Shown here piece by piece: positions 39,399 to 48,804 of a stretch of DNA of 64,000 bases. Made by a program: the position numbers and the translations under genes. The stretch is from Myxococcota bacterium (GTDB lineage: Bacteria; Myxococcota_A; SURF-8). The DNA lies in assembly GCA_965140415.1 (NCBI GenBank), contig OZ223209.1, positions 64,001-128,000 of the forward strand, given 5' to 3'. The notes below the pieces were generated by a model. That model did not search any database and had not been told where the DNA came from. It saw nothing but the letters and a program-made list of their open reading frames with translations. Each line of letters starts with the position of its first letter. Position 1 is the first letter of the stretch.

Positions 39399-41171
39399 TT
39401 ACCACTCCTCGCTGATGAAACCATAGTAGCGGCCCATCCAGTACGGCAACATGTAGTCGCAACCGGTTCGCTCTTCGCCGGAATCCGAGCCGCCGTCCAG
39501 CGCGAAGGGGTTGCGGTGCCACATGACCATATCGGGCAGATGCAGATAGGATGGCAAGGGGTAGAGCGCCTCTTCCAGGTTATCCGGGTTCTTTTCGATG
39601 TCGGGATTTTCCGAGTTGGTGAAGCGGCGGTCGCGCAAGGGTGCTTCGGGAAACACCACAATCTGCCATAGAGCATAATAGAGCGACCGTGCATCCTGTT
39701 CGCCGGTGGCGCTGAGATACCAGGTGGTTTTAACCGGATTATGTTCCTTGATGCCACGCCGGTTGGGGGTTTCGTCCTCCGGATTGAGCCACAGCGTATC
39801 CTTAAACAGTTCGGAGAAATGCTGTTTCAATTCGGGATCCTGCTCGAAGCGCGTCAGCATCCAGTAATTTTCGAAGGCCATGTAGGTGTTGTACCACTTG
39901 GTGCCGTAACCCATATACACCCACTGATAATCCTTCAACATGGTGTCGTAGTTTTCATTGCAGAAAATGGCCGGACGCGACTCGGGCGTGTCGTTCAGTA
40001 GCGACAGCATCTCGTCGCGATAACTTTGCTCGCCGCTGACTTGGTATGCCACGTTTAACCACGCCAGCACACAAACCGCTTCCAGGCCCGAACACAAACC
40101 GGTGCCTTCCCAGTTGCGGGCGTCCAGGTTGCCGTATTGGGTGGGTTCGCCGTCTTTGTCTACGAATTTCAGATCGTTATCGAGTACGTGGTCCACCAGA
40201 TCGGTCAGGAAGTCGCGCGCAGTGGCCCGCAGTTCTTCGTCATCCACCAAGGCATAGGCGGAAGAAACCCCCAACACGCCGCCGGTGGCCTGGTCCTTGC
40301 TGGTATCGCCGTGCCAGTAATAATCGGCGTATTCACCCTCGCCGCGATAGCGCGAGCGATCCTCTTCCGGCCAGAAACCGGTCCATTCGCCGTCTTCCAT
40401 GGGATCGTCTTTGTGAGAGTAGCAGCGCCCGATCAGACCCGGTACGCCGGTCATTTGCTGGAAGAAACGCCAGCCTTCGACCTGCTCCTTGATCAGCGCC
40501 AGGCTTTCCGGCGTCTGCATGACGGCATGTCGGAACGCCATGGCTGTCGTACACTGACCGGACTGAAACGCGCAATCTCCGCAGGTGGACATTTGATAGT
40601 TGCCATCGGTGGCGTCCGGTTGCCGCAGATTGAAAGACAAACCGCCCCAGACGTGACGCCCCTGGTAGACATCCTGGTAATCCTGCGCCCGTTTTGCCAG
40701 TGGTCCAGTGCTTTGGGGATCACCGATGCGAATGCCGAACAGGTTTTCCGCGCGGGTTTCGGTGGCATCGGCCATTGAGATCACGAAATAGTACATGCCT
40801 TGTGCGCTCGGGGTACCCTGCAAATGTCCGCTTGCAGCATCCAGTGTCACTCCCGGCGGCAGTTCGCCCAATTCCACTTTCCAATCGCCGTAGGGCGGCT
40901 CACCACCGGTGGCCGTCAATGCATAATCCAGCACGTCGCCGGAAGCCGTGGTCGGCGGAAAAGCGATCGGCAGAGCCAGAGCCTGGGCTTGTTCTTCATC
41001 CGTATCCTGTTCAGAGACTTCCAGGTCACCGTCTACCGGCGATTCGAGATTCTCTCCGTCGGCGTCGCCATCAATGGGCGGGTCGTCATCCGAATCCGAC
41101 GAGCAGGCCGTAACGCCAACAAACAAACAGGCACACAACGCAACCAGTATCATCCAACGTTTCCGAGTCAT
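39399..41171 (-). CDS. lipoprotein with putative Ig (He_PIG) domain and a helical glycoside-hydrolase-like domain
   Basis: Lipobox VTAC, LTATGGEPPY..W....GELPPGVTLD..SG.L.GTP, WHGDTSKDQ, DYMLPYWMGRYYGFI. Confidence 0.75.
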   Translation of the reverse strand: MTRKRWMILVALCACLFVGVTACSSDSDDDPPIDGDADGENLESPVDGDLEVSEQDTDEEQAQALALPIAFPPTTASGDVLDYALTATGGEPPYGDWKVELGELPPGVTLDAASGHLQGTPSAQGMYYFVISMADATETRAENLFGIRIGDPQSTGPLAKRAQDYQDVYQGRHVWGGLSFNLRQPDATDGNYQMSTCGDCAFQSGQCTTAMAFRHAVMQTPESLALIKEQVEGWRFFQQMTGVPGLIGRCYSHKDDPMEDGEWTGFWPEEDRSRYRGEGEYADYYWHGDTSKDQATGGVLGVSSAYALVDDEELRATARDFLTDLVDHVLDNDLKFVDKDGEPTQYGNLDARNWEGTGLCSGLEAVCVLAWLNVAYQVSGEQSYRDEMLSLLNDTPESRPAIFCNENYDTMLKDYQWVYMGYGTKWYNTYMAFENYWMLTRFEQDPELKQHFSELFKDTLWLNPEDETPNRRGIKEHNPVKTTWYLSATGEQDARSLYYALWQIVVFPEAPLRDRRFTNSENPDIEKNPDNLEEALYPLPSYLHLPDMVMWHRNPFALDGGSDSGEERTGCDYMLPYWMGRYYGFISEEW

Positions 41172-41511
41172 GCGTTCCTCGCTAATTACAGAATGTTAAA
41201 ATCTATCTTCCCTGCGATTCGAGCCGAAGCATACCCGACTCGCAAAACAGGATCAAGAAGAAGCGGTCGATTCCGAACTTTCATCTGGCAGTTCGGCAAA
41301 GTCATTTTACACGGATGCTTCCCCCAAGCTTGACACATTCCGGGAATCCCGCTAGCATCGAAATACCAAACGAAAGTTGAATCGCTGAATATCGCTCCTG
41401 CTGCCGTTGTTTCTGCTGACTGCGACGAGTTGCGCCGTTGATGCGCCTCTGCTGTTTCCAGGCTTCCCGGAGTTCCGGGAGATCCATTACTCGAAGAAAA
41501 GAAGGGACACG

Positions 41512-43488
41512 ATGCCGCATTCAAGCACTACTACCGACTCCAGGCTGCTGTGGAGTCCGACACCGGAACAGGTTCAGCAATCGCGCATGGCGCGTTTCAT
41601 GCAGTTGGTCAACGACCGCTTCGGACTTTCGATGACGCAATACTCCGAATTGCACGCATGGTCGGTGGCACATCTGTCCGATTTCTGGGCCATGATGTGG
41701 GAATATGCCGAAATCCGCGCTTCCGTTCCATACCAGCAGGTTGTTGACGATCCGCCGGTCATGCCGGGCACAAAATGGTTTTCCGGCGCGCGCTTGAATT
41801 TTGCCGAAAATTTACTGCGCTATCGCGACGACCGCGAGGCGCTCGTCTTTCGCGGGGAGAACGGCAACCGCTACAGCCTGAGTTACGCTGAATTGTATGC
41901 GCTGGTGGCCAAACTGGCGCAGGCTTTCAAGAAATTCGGCGTTGAAAAAGGGGACCGCGTAGCCGGTTATGTGGCCAATACGCCGGAAACCGTCGCCGCC
42001 ATGCTGGCCACCACCAGCCTGGGTGCAATCTGGACTTCCTGCTCGCCCGATTTCGGCGAACACGGCGCGCTGGATCGTTTCGGCCAAACCCGACCCAAGC
42101 TGCTCTTTGCCTATAACGGCTATCACTACAATGGCAAAACCTTGTCCCGGCTGCCGCAAATCGCCTATCTTTCCAAAGAGTTAGATTCGGTAGAGCATAC
42201 GATTGTCGTACCGTTTGTCGAGGGAGCCGGCGACCTTTCCGATATTCCCAACGCGGTGAACTTACCCGACTTACTCGCCGAGCAGGACGCCACCGAAATC
42301 GACTTCGTACAAACCGAGGCAGACCACCCGGTGTACATTCTTTACAGTTCCGGCACCACCGGCGTTCCCAAGTGCATTACGCATGGCGCCATCGGAACCT
42401 TGTTGCAACATTACAAAGAACTGGCGCTGCACACGGACCTGGACCGCGAAGATAGCATTTTCTACTTCACCACCTGCGGTTGGATGATGTGGAACTGGCT
42501 GGTGAGCAGTTTGATGATCGGCTCGCGCGTCGTGCAATTCGATGGCTCGCCCTTTTATCCTGGCCCGGAAGTGTTGTGGGAACTGGCCGAGCAGGAAAAT
42601 GTCAGCGTTTTCGGCACCAGCGCCAAGTATCTTTCCGCATTGGAAGACAGCGGCCTGAAACCCGGCGAACGCTTCGATTTATCCAAGGTCAACGCCATTC
42701 TTTCCACCGGTTCGCCGCTCTCGTTAGAGAGCTTCCGCTATGTTTATCGCGACATCAAAAAAGATGTGCGCCTGTCTTCCATTGCGGGCGGCACGGATAT
42801 CATCAGTTGTTTCATGCTCGGCAATCCCATGCTGCCGGTCTACGAAGAAGAAATTCAATGTTTGGGACTGGGCATGAAAGTCGAAGCATTGAACGACGAC
42901 GGCGTACCGGTCATCGGCGAAAAGGGTGAACTGGTCTGTTCCGCTCCTGCACCCAGTATGCCGATATACTTCTGGAACGACGAAAACGGCAGCAAGTACC
43001 ACGAAGCCTATTTTTCCGTGTATCCCAACCGCTGGCGACATGGGGATTATCTACGTGTTTCCGAACACGGCGGCGTGGTGATGCTGGGGCGCTCGGATGC
43101 GACACTCAATCCTGGCGGGGTGCGTATCGGCACGGCGGAAATCTATAAACCGGTGGATCAGATCCCCGAAATCATTGACAGTTTAGTGGTCGGGCAGAAA
43201 TGGGACAACGACGAACGTGTGGTGCTGTTCGTGAAACTGGCAGAAGGAAGCGAACTGGATGACGCGCTGATCAAAAAGATCAAAACGACCATTCGGCAAA
43301 AAGCCAGCCCGCGCCACGTTCCGGCCAAAATCGTCGCCGTGCAGGACATTCCCTACACCCGCACCGGAAAAAAGGTGGAGATGGCGGTGCGCAAGGTGAT
43401 CCATCGGGACGAAGTCAAAAACCTGACCGCCCTAGCTAATCCGGATGTACTGAAATACTATAAGGATCTCGACGAGTTGAAGAGTTAA
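41512..43488 (+). CDS. acetoacetyl-CoA synthetase
   Basis: WFSGARLNFAENLL, SCSPDFG, YSSGTTGVPKCI, TTCGWMMWNW, GRSDATLNPGGVRIGTAEIY. Confidence 0.95.
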   Translation: MPHSSTTTDSRLLWSPTPEQVQQSRMARFMQLVNDRFGLSMTQYSELHAWSVAHLSDFWAMMWEYAEIRASVPYQQVVDDPPVMPGTKWFSGARLNFAENLLRYRDDREALVFRGENGNRYSLSYAELYALVAKLAQAFKKFGVEKGDRVAGYVANTPETVAAMLATTSLGAIWTSCSPDFGEHGALDRFGQTRPKLLFAYNGYHYNGKTLSRLPQIAYLSKELDSVEHTIVVPFVEGAGDLSDIPNAVNLPDLLAEQDATEIDFVQTEADHPVYILYSSGTTGVPKCITHGAIGTLLQHYKELALHTDLDREDSIFYFTTCGWMMWNWLVSSLMIGSRVVQFDGSPFYPGPEVLWELAEQENVSVFGTSAKYLSALEDSGLKPGERFDLSKVNAILSTGSPLSLESFRYVYRDIKKDVRLSSIAGGTDIISCFMLGNPMLPVYEEEIQCLGLGMKVEALNDDGVPVIGEKGELVCSAPAPSMPIYFWNDENGSKYHEAYFSVYPNRWRHGDYLRVSEHGGVVMLGRSDATLNPGGVRIGTAEIYKPVDQIPEIIDSLVVGQKWDNDERVVLFVKLAEGSELDDALIKKIKTTIRQKASPRHVPAKIVAVQDIPYTRTGKKVEMAVRKVIHRDEVKNLTALANPDVLKYYKDLDELKS

Positions 43489-43896
43489 GCCGGAACATAC
43501 AAGACAGAATCCAGTGGAACAAGCAACGTGATAAGCGGTTGAAATATATCGGTTATTCATTGAATATGGCAGGCAGTGCCAGCTTGTTTGTATCATCGTC
43601 AACAAAGTTCATTTTTATGTTGGCATCGTGTTAGGGATATGAGAGACTGCCTGTGTGTCCACAAAGGACACAGTCTGTGGTGCGGTGAACGGAGCCTTTT
43701 CACCAGGGAGGATATCTGTCGTACCGGTGAAAAGCAGCCTAGGTCATTGTCACCCAACCGCAAGCCGGTTACAATCTACGATCGGGGGGATGGGGCGCAC
43801 AACGCGCTCGACATTGACAAGTGGACCGAGGGGTCTTTTTAGGTGGTGTTACTGCCTGAAAAACGGAACCCTCGGCGGCAACTCCGGAGTAGCAGG

Positions 43897-45282
43897 ATGC
43901 CATATACACAGATTGCCACCGAACAGGAATTGTTACGGCTCGTTGAAGAAACGCTGACGATCCAACCGGAAGATCTTAAACTCCCTTATTTAAAAAAAGG
44001 TGATCTGCTTAGGCGTGTGATCGGCCTGGCCAATCGCCTGCGCAACGACCTGACGACTTATAATATCAGCGGCAAACCGATTTGTTTGTGCACCGACAAC
44101 AAGGTCACGATCCTGGCCGCGATTCTGGCAGCTTTGGCAGGCGGTCCGAAGGTTGCCATTCCGCATTCGCTTTCCGATTCCGTCATCCAACAAACGATTC
44201 GCAACACACATTGTACGCTGGCGCTTTCCGACGAGCCGCTTCTGCTGCCGGAGGGCGTGTACAACATGGTGGTGGAAGAAAACGGCTTGAGCGATTTCAG
44301 GTATCAGCCGGTGCGAACTCTGACCGAGCCGATCGTCAGCCTGTTCACCGGCGGTTCCACCGGACGACCCAAGTTATGGGACAAGTCCGCGTTGAACCTG
44401 TTCGGAGAAGCGATCTTTTTGCGTCAGCGTTTCGAACTGGGACCGGATGATGTGTTTCTAGCCACCGTGCCGCCGCATCACATTTACGGACTGCTTTTTT
44501 CCGTGTTGCTTCCGTTTGTTTGCCGGGCGCGCTGCGTCGGTGAAGTGCCATACTTCCCGCGCGAGATTCTGCGCGGCATCGGGGAAAAAGAAGCCACCGT
44601 TTTCATTGGCTCTCCCATGCACTACAAGGCGCTAAGCGAAGAAAGCATTCCGGAAAACAAACTGCGCGTGGCCTTTAGTTCCGGTGGTTTTCTGGAAGAA
44701 AGTCACGGCAAATACTTCTACGAGCAGGCGCATGTCAATGTTGTTGAGGTTTATGGCTCCACCGAAACGGGCGGCATCGCCACCCGCTGTCGAGCCAATG
44801 GCGAAAGCCGTTGGACGGTTTTTAGCGGTATCGACTGGCGCATCAAAAACGAACGGTTGCAGGTGAATTCCATGTTTCTATCGCCTTCGTTGCCGCGCAA
44901 CAAAGACGGCTTCTTCGTAACCGGCGACCGTGTGGCCAATCTGGAAAACGACGCCAGCAGCTTCATTTTGCTTGGGCGCGCGGACGGCATCGTGAAAATC
45001 GGCGGCAAGCGCATCGACCTGATGGAAGTCGAAACACGCATCAAGAGCCTGTCCATGATCGACGACGCCTACATTTTCGCCGTTCCCAGCCGAAGCGGAC
45101 GAGAGCACGAACTGGCAGCGCTGATCGTGTCGCAAGTAGAAGAAACCCAGTTGCGCCGTCTCTTCAGCGACATACTCGACCCGCTGTTGATACCCCGGCG
45201 CATCAAATGCGTCGAAGCCATCCCCGGCGGTGTGGGCGGCAAACGAGATCATCAGGCATCATTAAATCTGATCACACATTAA
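43897..45282 (+). CDS. AMP-binding acyl-CoA/acyl-ACP ligase-like protein
   Basis: FTGGSTGRPK, TVPPHHIYGLLF, EVYGSTETGGIA, TGDR, GRADGIVKIGGKR. Confidence 0.88.
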   Translation: MPYTQIATEQELLRLVEETLTIQPEDLKLPYLKKGDLLRRVIGLANRLRNDLTTYNISGKPICLCTDNKVTILAAILAALAGGPKVAIPHSLSDSVIQQTIRNTHCTLALSDEPLLLPEGVYNMVVEENGLSDFRYQPVRTLTEPIVSLFTGGSTGRPKLWDKSALNLFGEAIFLRQRFELGPDDVFLATVPPHHIYGLLFSVLLPFVCRARCVGEVPYFPREILRGIGEKEATVFIGSPMHYKALSEESIPENKLRVAFSSGGFLEESHGKYFYEQAHVNVVEVYGSTETGGIATRCRANGESRWTVFSGIDWRIKNERLQVNSMFLSPSLPRNKDGFFVTGDRVANLENDASSFILLGRADGIVKIGGKRIDLMEVETRIKSLSMIDDAYIFAVPSRSGREHELAALIVSQVEETQLRRLFSDILDPLLIPRRIKCVEAIPGGVGGKRDHQASLNLITH

Positions 45283-45312
45283 TCTGATTATACATTCCGG
45301 AGAATAATTCCC

Positions 45313-46239
45313 ATGTGCGCAGAGTTGACGGGACGTACCGCATTCGTTTTTCCAGGACAAGGCTCTCAATACGTCGGCATGACCACCAAACTGGGACCGG
45401 CCACGCTGGCACAGCAAAGTCTGTTCGGTCATGCGGATCAGGCGCTTGGATTTCCCCTGCTGCAATTGATCGAGGAAGGACCGGAGGACGAACTTATCAA
45501 AACCAGTAACGCCCAACCGGCACTGTTAGTGGTTGGACTGGCTGCGGCACTGGCGTTACAGGAACGCGGCTATCAACCGGAAATCGTGATGGGTCACAGC
45601 CTGGGTGAATACACGGCTTTGGTTTTCGCCGGGGTAATCGCTTTTTCCGATGCGCTTAAACTCGTGCGCAAGCGTGGTATGCTGATGGAGCAGGCAGCCA
45701 AGAAAACTCCAGGAAAAATGGCGGCGGTTATCGGCGCAGATCCGGATGCACTTTCGCAATTGGTGCAGGATTGCCAGGACGCAGGCGTATTGGAAATTAC
45801 CAATTTCAATTCGCCCAAGCAGGTGGTGCTTTCCGGCGAGGAAGCCGCCATCGAACTGATTTTAGACCGGATCAAAGAAACCCGAGCGGGTCGCGCGATG
45901 GAACTGAACGTCTCCGCACCGTTTCACTGCTCGCTGATGCGCCCGATGGCCGAAGAATTCAAACAGGCGTTGCAGTCGGTCGAGTTTTCCGCCCCGCAAC
46001 AGCTTTTCATCGATAATGTCACCGGACAGGCGGAATCCGACCCTGAGCGAATTCGCCAGAAACTGGTGGATCAACTGGATCATCCGGTGCAATGGGTACG
46101 TTCGGTGGCCAGCGCCGTCGAAGCGGGGGCGACTCGTTTCGTTGAATGCGGACCAAAAACCGTGCTGACCGGTTTGATCAAACGCTGTGCGCCGAAGACA
46201 GAGCTCGTTAGCAGCGAGCGTATTCTCTCCCAGGAGTAA
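45313..46239 (+). CDS. fabD: malonyl-CoA:ACP transacylase
   Basis: FPGQGSQYVGM, AQPAL, GHSLGEY, VSAPFHC. Confidence 0.93.
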   Translation: MCAELTGRTAFVFPGQGSQYVGMTTKLGPATLAQQSLFGHADQALGFPLLQLIEEGPEDELIKTSNAQPALLVVGLAAALALQERGYQPEIVMGHSLGEYTALVFAGVIAFSDALKLVRKRGMLMEQAAKKTPGKMAAVIGADPDALSQLVQDCQDAGVLEITNFNSPKQVVLSGEEAAIELILDRIKETRAGRAMELNVSAPFHCSLMRPMAEEFKQALQSVEFSAPQQLFIDNVTGQAESDPERIRQKLVDQLDHPVQWVRSVASAVEAGATRFVECGPKTVLTGLIKRCAPKTELVSSERILSQE

Positions 46240-46468
46240 AATAGTGAGTTCACCCGGATTCGATTCCTTTCCCGCTTTTCATTGACAGTGTAAGCCCTCA
46301 TTCGTTATCTTCACAGAGCACCTGTTTTGTTCAAGCAGTCGTAGACTGCCACTATGGCGTGTCGGGTACAACTCGATTGTGAAGTCGTATCAACGCTGTG
46401 CTGTAATGAAAGGTGCATCCGCGCACCCAGGGGAAATCACGCGCTCGTGGAAAAGGAGACAGCAGCAG

Positions 46469-47803
46469 ATGAATCCGTATCGCATTGCCATTATCGGAAC
46501 CGGCTACGTGGGGTTGGTCGTCGGGGCCTGTTTTGCTGAATATGGTCGCTTTGTGACCTGTATCGACCGGGATAAAAGCAAAATCGACAAGCTGAAGGCG
46601 GGCAAACCGCTGTTTTACGAACCGGGACTGGATACGCTGATCGAACGCAACATTCGTTATGGCCGCATCGCTTTTACGACCGATACGGAAAAGGCGGTCA
46701 AGGAAAACGACATCATCATGCTGGCGGTAGGCACCCCTTTGGGAGAAAACGGCAAAGCGGATCTGTCGCAGGTTTGGAGCGCCGCCGAAGCCATCGGTCA
46801 AAGCCTGGACCACGAAGCGCTGGTGGTCGTTAAATCCACCGTGCCGGTGGGCACCACCAAGAAAACAGGCGAGATCATTTCCCGCTATACCGATGCCTCG
46901 GTCAAAATGGCTTTCAACCCGGAATTCCTTCGCGAAGGCAACGCGGTCATGGATTTTCTGCACCCGAACCGCACCGTCGTGGGCAGTGAGGAAAAAGAAG
47001 TCGGCGACATTCTGGCAGAACTGTATCAACCTTTCATTTCTCCACAAAGCCCCTTCGTCTGTTCGGATATCGTATCGGCGGAATTGATCAAGTACACCGC
47101 TAACGCCATGCTGGCCACCAAAATCAGTTTCATCAACGACATGGCCAACCTCTGTGAACGCGTGGGCGGCGACATCGAAGCGATCAAGCGCGGCGTCGGG
47201 CTGGACGACCGCATCGGCGACCGCTTTCTGAATCCGGGACTCGGTTTCGGCGGCTCCTGTTTCCCCAAGGATCTGCACTCGATCGTCCATACGGCGGGAA
47301 TTCTTGGCGAACAGATGCCGATTTTGCGCGCGGTGATGGAAGTCAATCAGCGCATGCGCCAGGTGTACCTGAATAAGATTTTAGACCGCTTCGGTCAGGA
47401 CTTAAACGGCAGATGTTTCGCCGTCTGGGGGCTTTCCTTCAAACCGGACACAGACGATATCCGAGAGGCCCCGGCGTTGACGATCATCCGCGAATTGTGC
47501 TCGCGGGGCGCCGTCTGCCAGGCTTACGATCCGGAAGCGATGGAGAATACCCGCTTGGAACTTTCGGAGTTGGCAGAGCAGGTAACCTACTGTGAAAGCG
47601 CCTATCAGGCGGCGGCGAACGCCGATGCGCTACTGGTTTTAACGGAATGGAGCGAGTTTCGCAGCCCCGACTGGAAACGCATCCGTGAAACCTTGAAAAC
47701 GCCCCTGGTTTTCGACGGTCGCAACATTTACAACATCGACGACATGATCCGTCGTGGGTTCTCCTACCATTCGATGGGACGTCCACCGGGCGAGACCGTT
47801 TAA
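46469..47803 (+). CDS. ugd: UDP-glucose 6-dehydrogenase
   Basis: IIGTGYVGL, KSTVPVGT, NPEFLREG, GFGGSCFPKD, FKPDTDDIRE. Confidence 0.95.
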   Translation: MNPYRIAIIGTGYVGLVVGACFAEYGRFVTCIDRDKSKIDKLKAGKPLFYEPGLDTLIERNIRYGRIAFTTDTEKAVKENDIIMLAVGTPLGENGKADLSQVWSAAEAIGQSLDHEALVVVKSTVPVGTTKKTGEIISRYTDASVKMAFNPEFLREGNAVMDFLHPNRTVVGSEEKEVGDILAELYQPFISPQSPFVCSDIVSAELIKYTANAMLATKISFINDMANLCERVGGDIEAIKRGVGLDDRIGDRFLNPGLGFGGSCFPKDLHSIVHTAGILGEQMPILRAVMEVNQRMRQVYLNKILDRFGQDLNGRCFAVWGLSFKPDTDDIREAPALTIIRELCSRGAVCQAYDPEAMENTRLELSELAEQVTYCESAYQAAANADALLVLTEWSEFRSPDWKRIRETLKTPLVFDGRNIYNIDDMIRRGFSYHSMGRPPGETV

Positions 47804-47844
47804 GTAACAAAGGGAGCAACTTCCCTTCAAGATAAGGACAGACT

Positions 47845-48786
47845 ATGGCGATATTGGTTACGGGCGGAGCCGGATTTATCGGATCGCAGGTTTGCGACGC
47901 ATTGATCCAACGCGGCGAGGACGTCGTCATCATCGACGATTTCAACGACTACTACGATCCTGCCATCAAGCAACGCAATATCGACCATGCGCTGAGCAAA
48001 GGTGCGGAACTGCTGCACGGCGACATTTGCGACGTCAACACACTCGACCAGTTGCCCTGGCCCAACATCGACCGCGTCATTCACCTGGCGGCGCGAGCCG
48101 GAGTGCGACCTTCCATCGCCCAGCCGCGCCTGTACTGGCAGACCAACGTGGACGGCACCATGAACCTGTTGGAATTCGCCCGCGATCACGGCGTCAGCGC
48201 CTTCGTCATGGCCAGCTCCAGTTCGGTTTACGGCGACGGCACCCAGGTGCCTTACCGCGAAGACGATCCGGCCCCGCAACCGATCAGTCCGTATGCCGCC
48301 AGTAAACGCGCCACCGAGCTGTTGGCCTACACTTATCATCATCTCTACAAGATGAATATTTCCTGCTTGCGTTACTTCACCGTGTACGGTCCACGACAGA
48401 GACCGGAGATGGCGATTCACAAGTTCACACGCTTGATCGATCAAGGCGAGGCGGTGCCGATGTTCGGGGACGGCTCGATGCGGCGCGACTATACCTATAT
48501 CGACGATATCGTTTCCGGAACGCTGGCGACATTGGACCGTTGCCAGGGATACGAAATCTTCAACCTGGGAGGCAATCGCACCACCAGCTTGTTGAAATTG
48601 ATCGAGATGATCGGGGCTGCTTTAGGCAAAGAGCCGATTATCCAGCGCCATAATCCGCAGCCGGGCGACGTCAAACAAACCTATGCAGATATCGAGAAGT
48701 CCAAACGGCTGTTGGGCTACGAACCCCATACTCCCATCGAGCAGGGAATCACCCGCTTCGTTGAGTGGTACCGGCAACAGGCGTAA
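47845..48786 (+). CDS. NAD-dependent epimerase (UDP-glucuronate 4-epimerase-like)
   Basis: LVTGGAGFIG, HLAARAGVRPS, ASSSSVYG, YAASK, YFTVYGPRQRPEMA. Confidence 0.9.
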   Translation: MAILVTGGAGFIGSQVCDALIQRGEDVVIIDDFNDYYDPAIKQRNIDHALSKGAELLHGDICDVNTLDQLPWPNIDRVIHLAARAGVRPSIAQPRLYWQTNVDGTMNLLEFARDHGVSAFVMASSSSVYGDGTQVPYREDDPAPQPISPYAASKRATELLAYTYHHLYKMNISCLRYFTVYGPRQRPEMAIHKFTRLIDQGEAVPMFGDGSMRRDYTYIDDIVSGTLATLDRCQGYEIFNLGGNRTTSLLKLIEMIGAALGKEPIIQRHNPQPGDVKQTYADIEKSKRLLGYEPHTPIEQGITRFVEWYRQQA

Positions 48787-48804
48787 ACGGGAAACTCTGC
48801 CGAT

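Noticed and set aside
43576-43957. Short ORFs 43576-43842 and 43655-43957
   Set aside because: They have no recognisable motifs or good RBS. The region is better explained as structured non-coding sequence.
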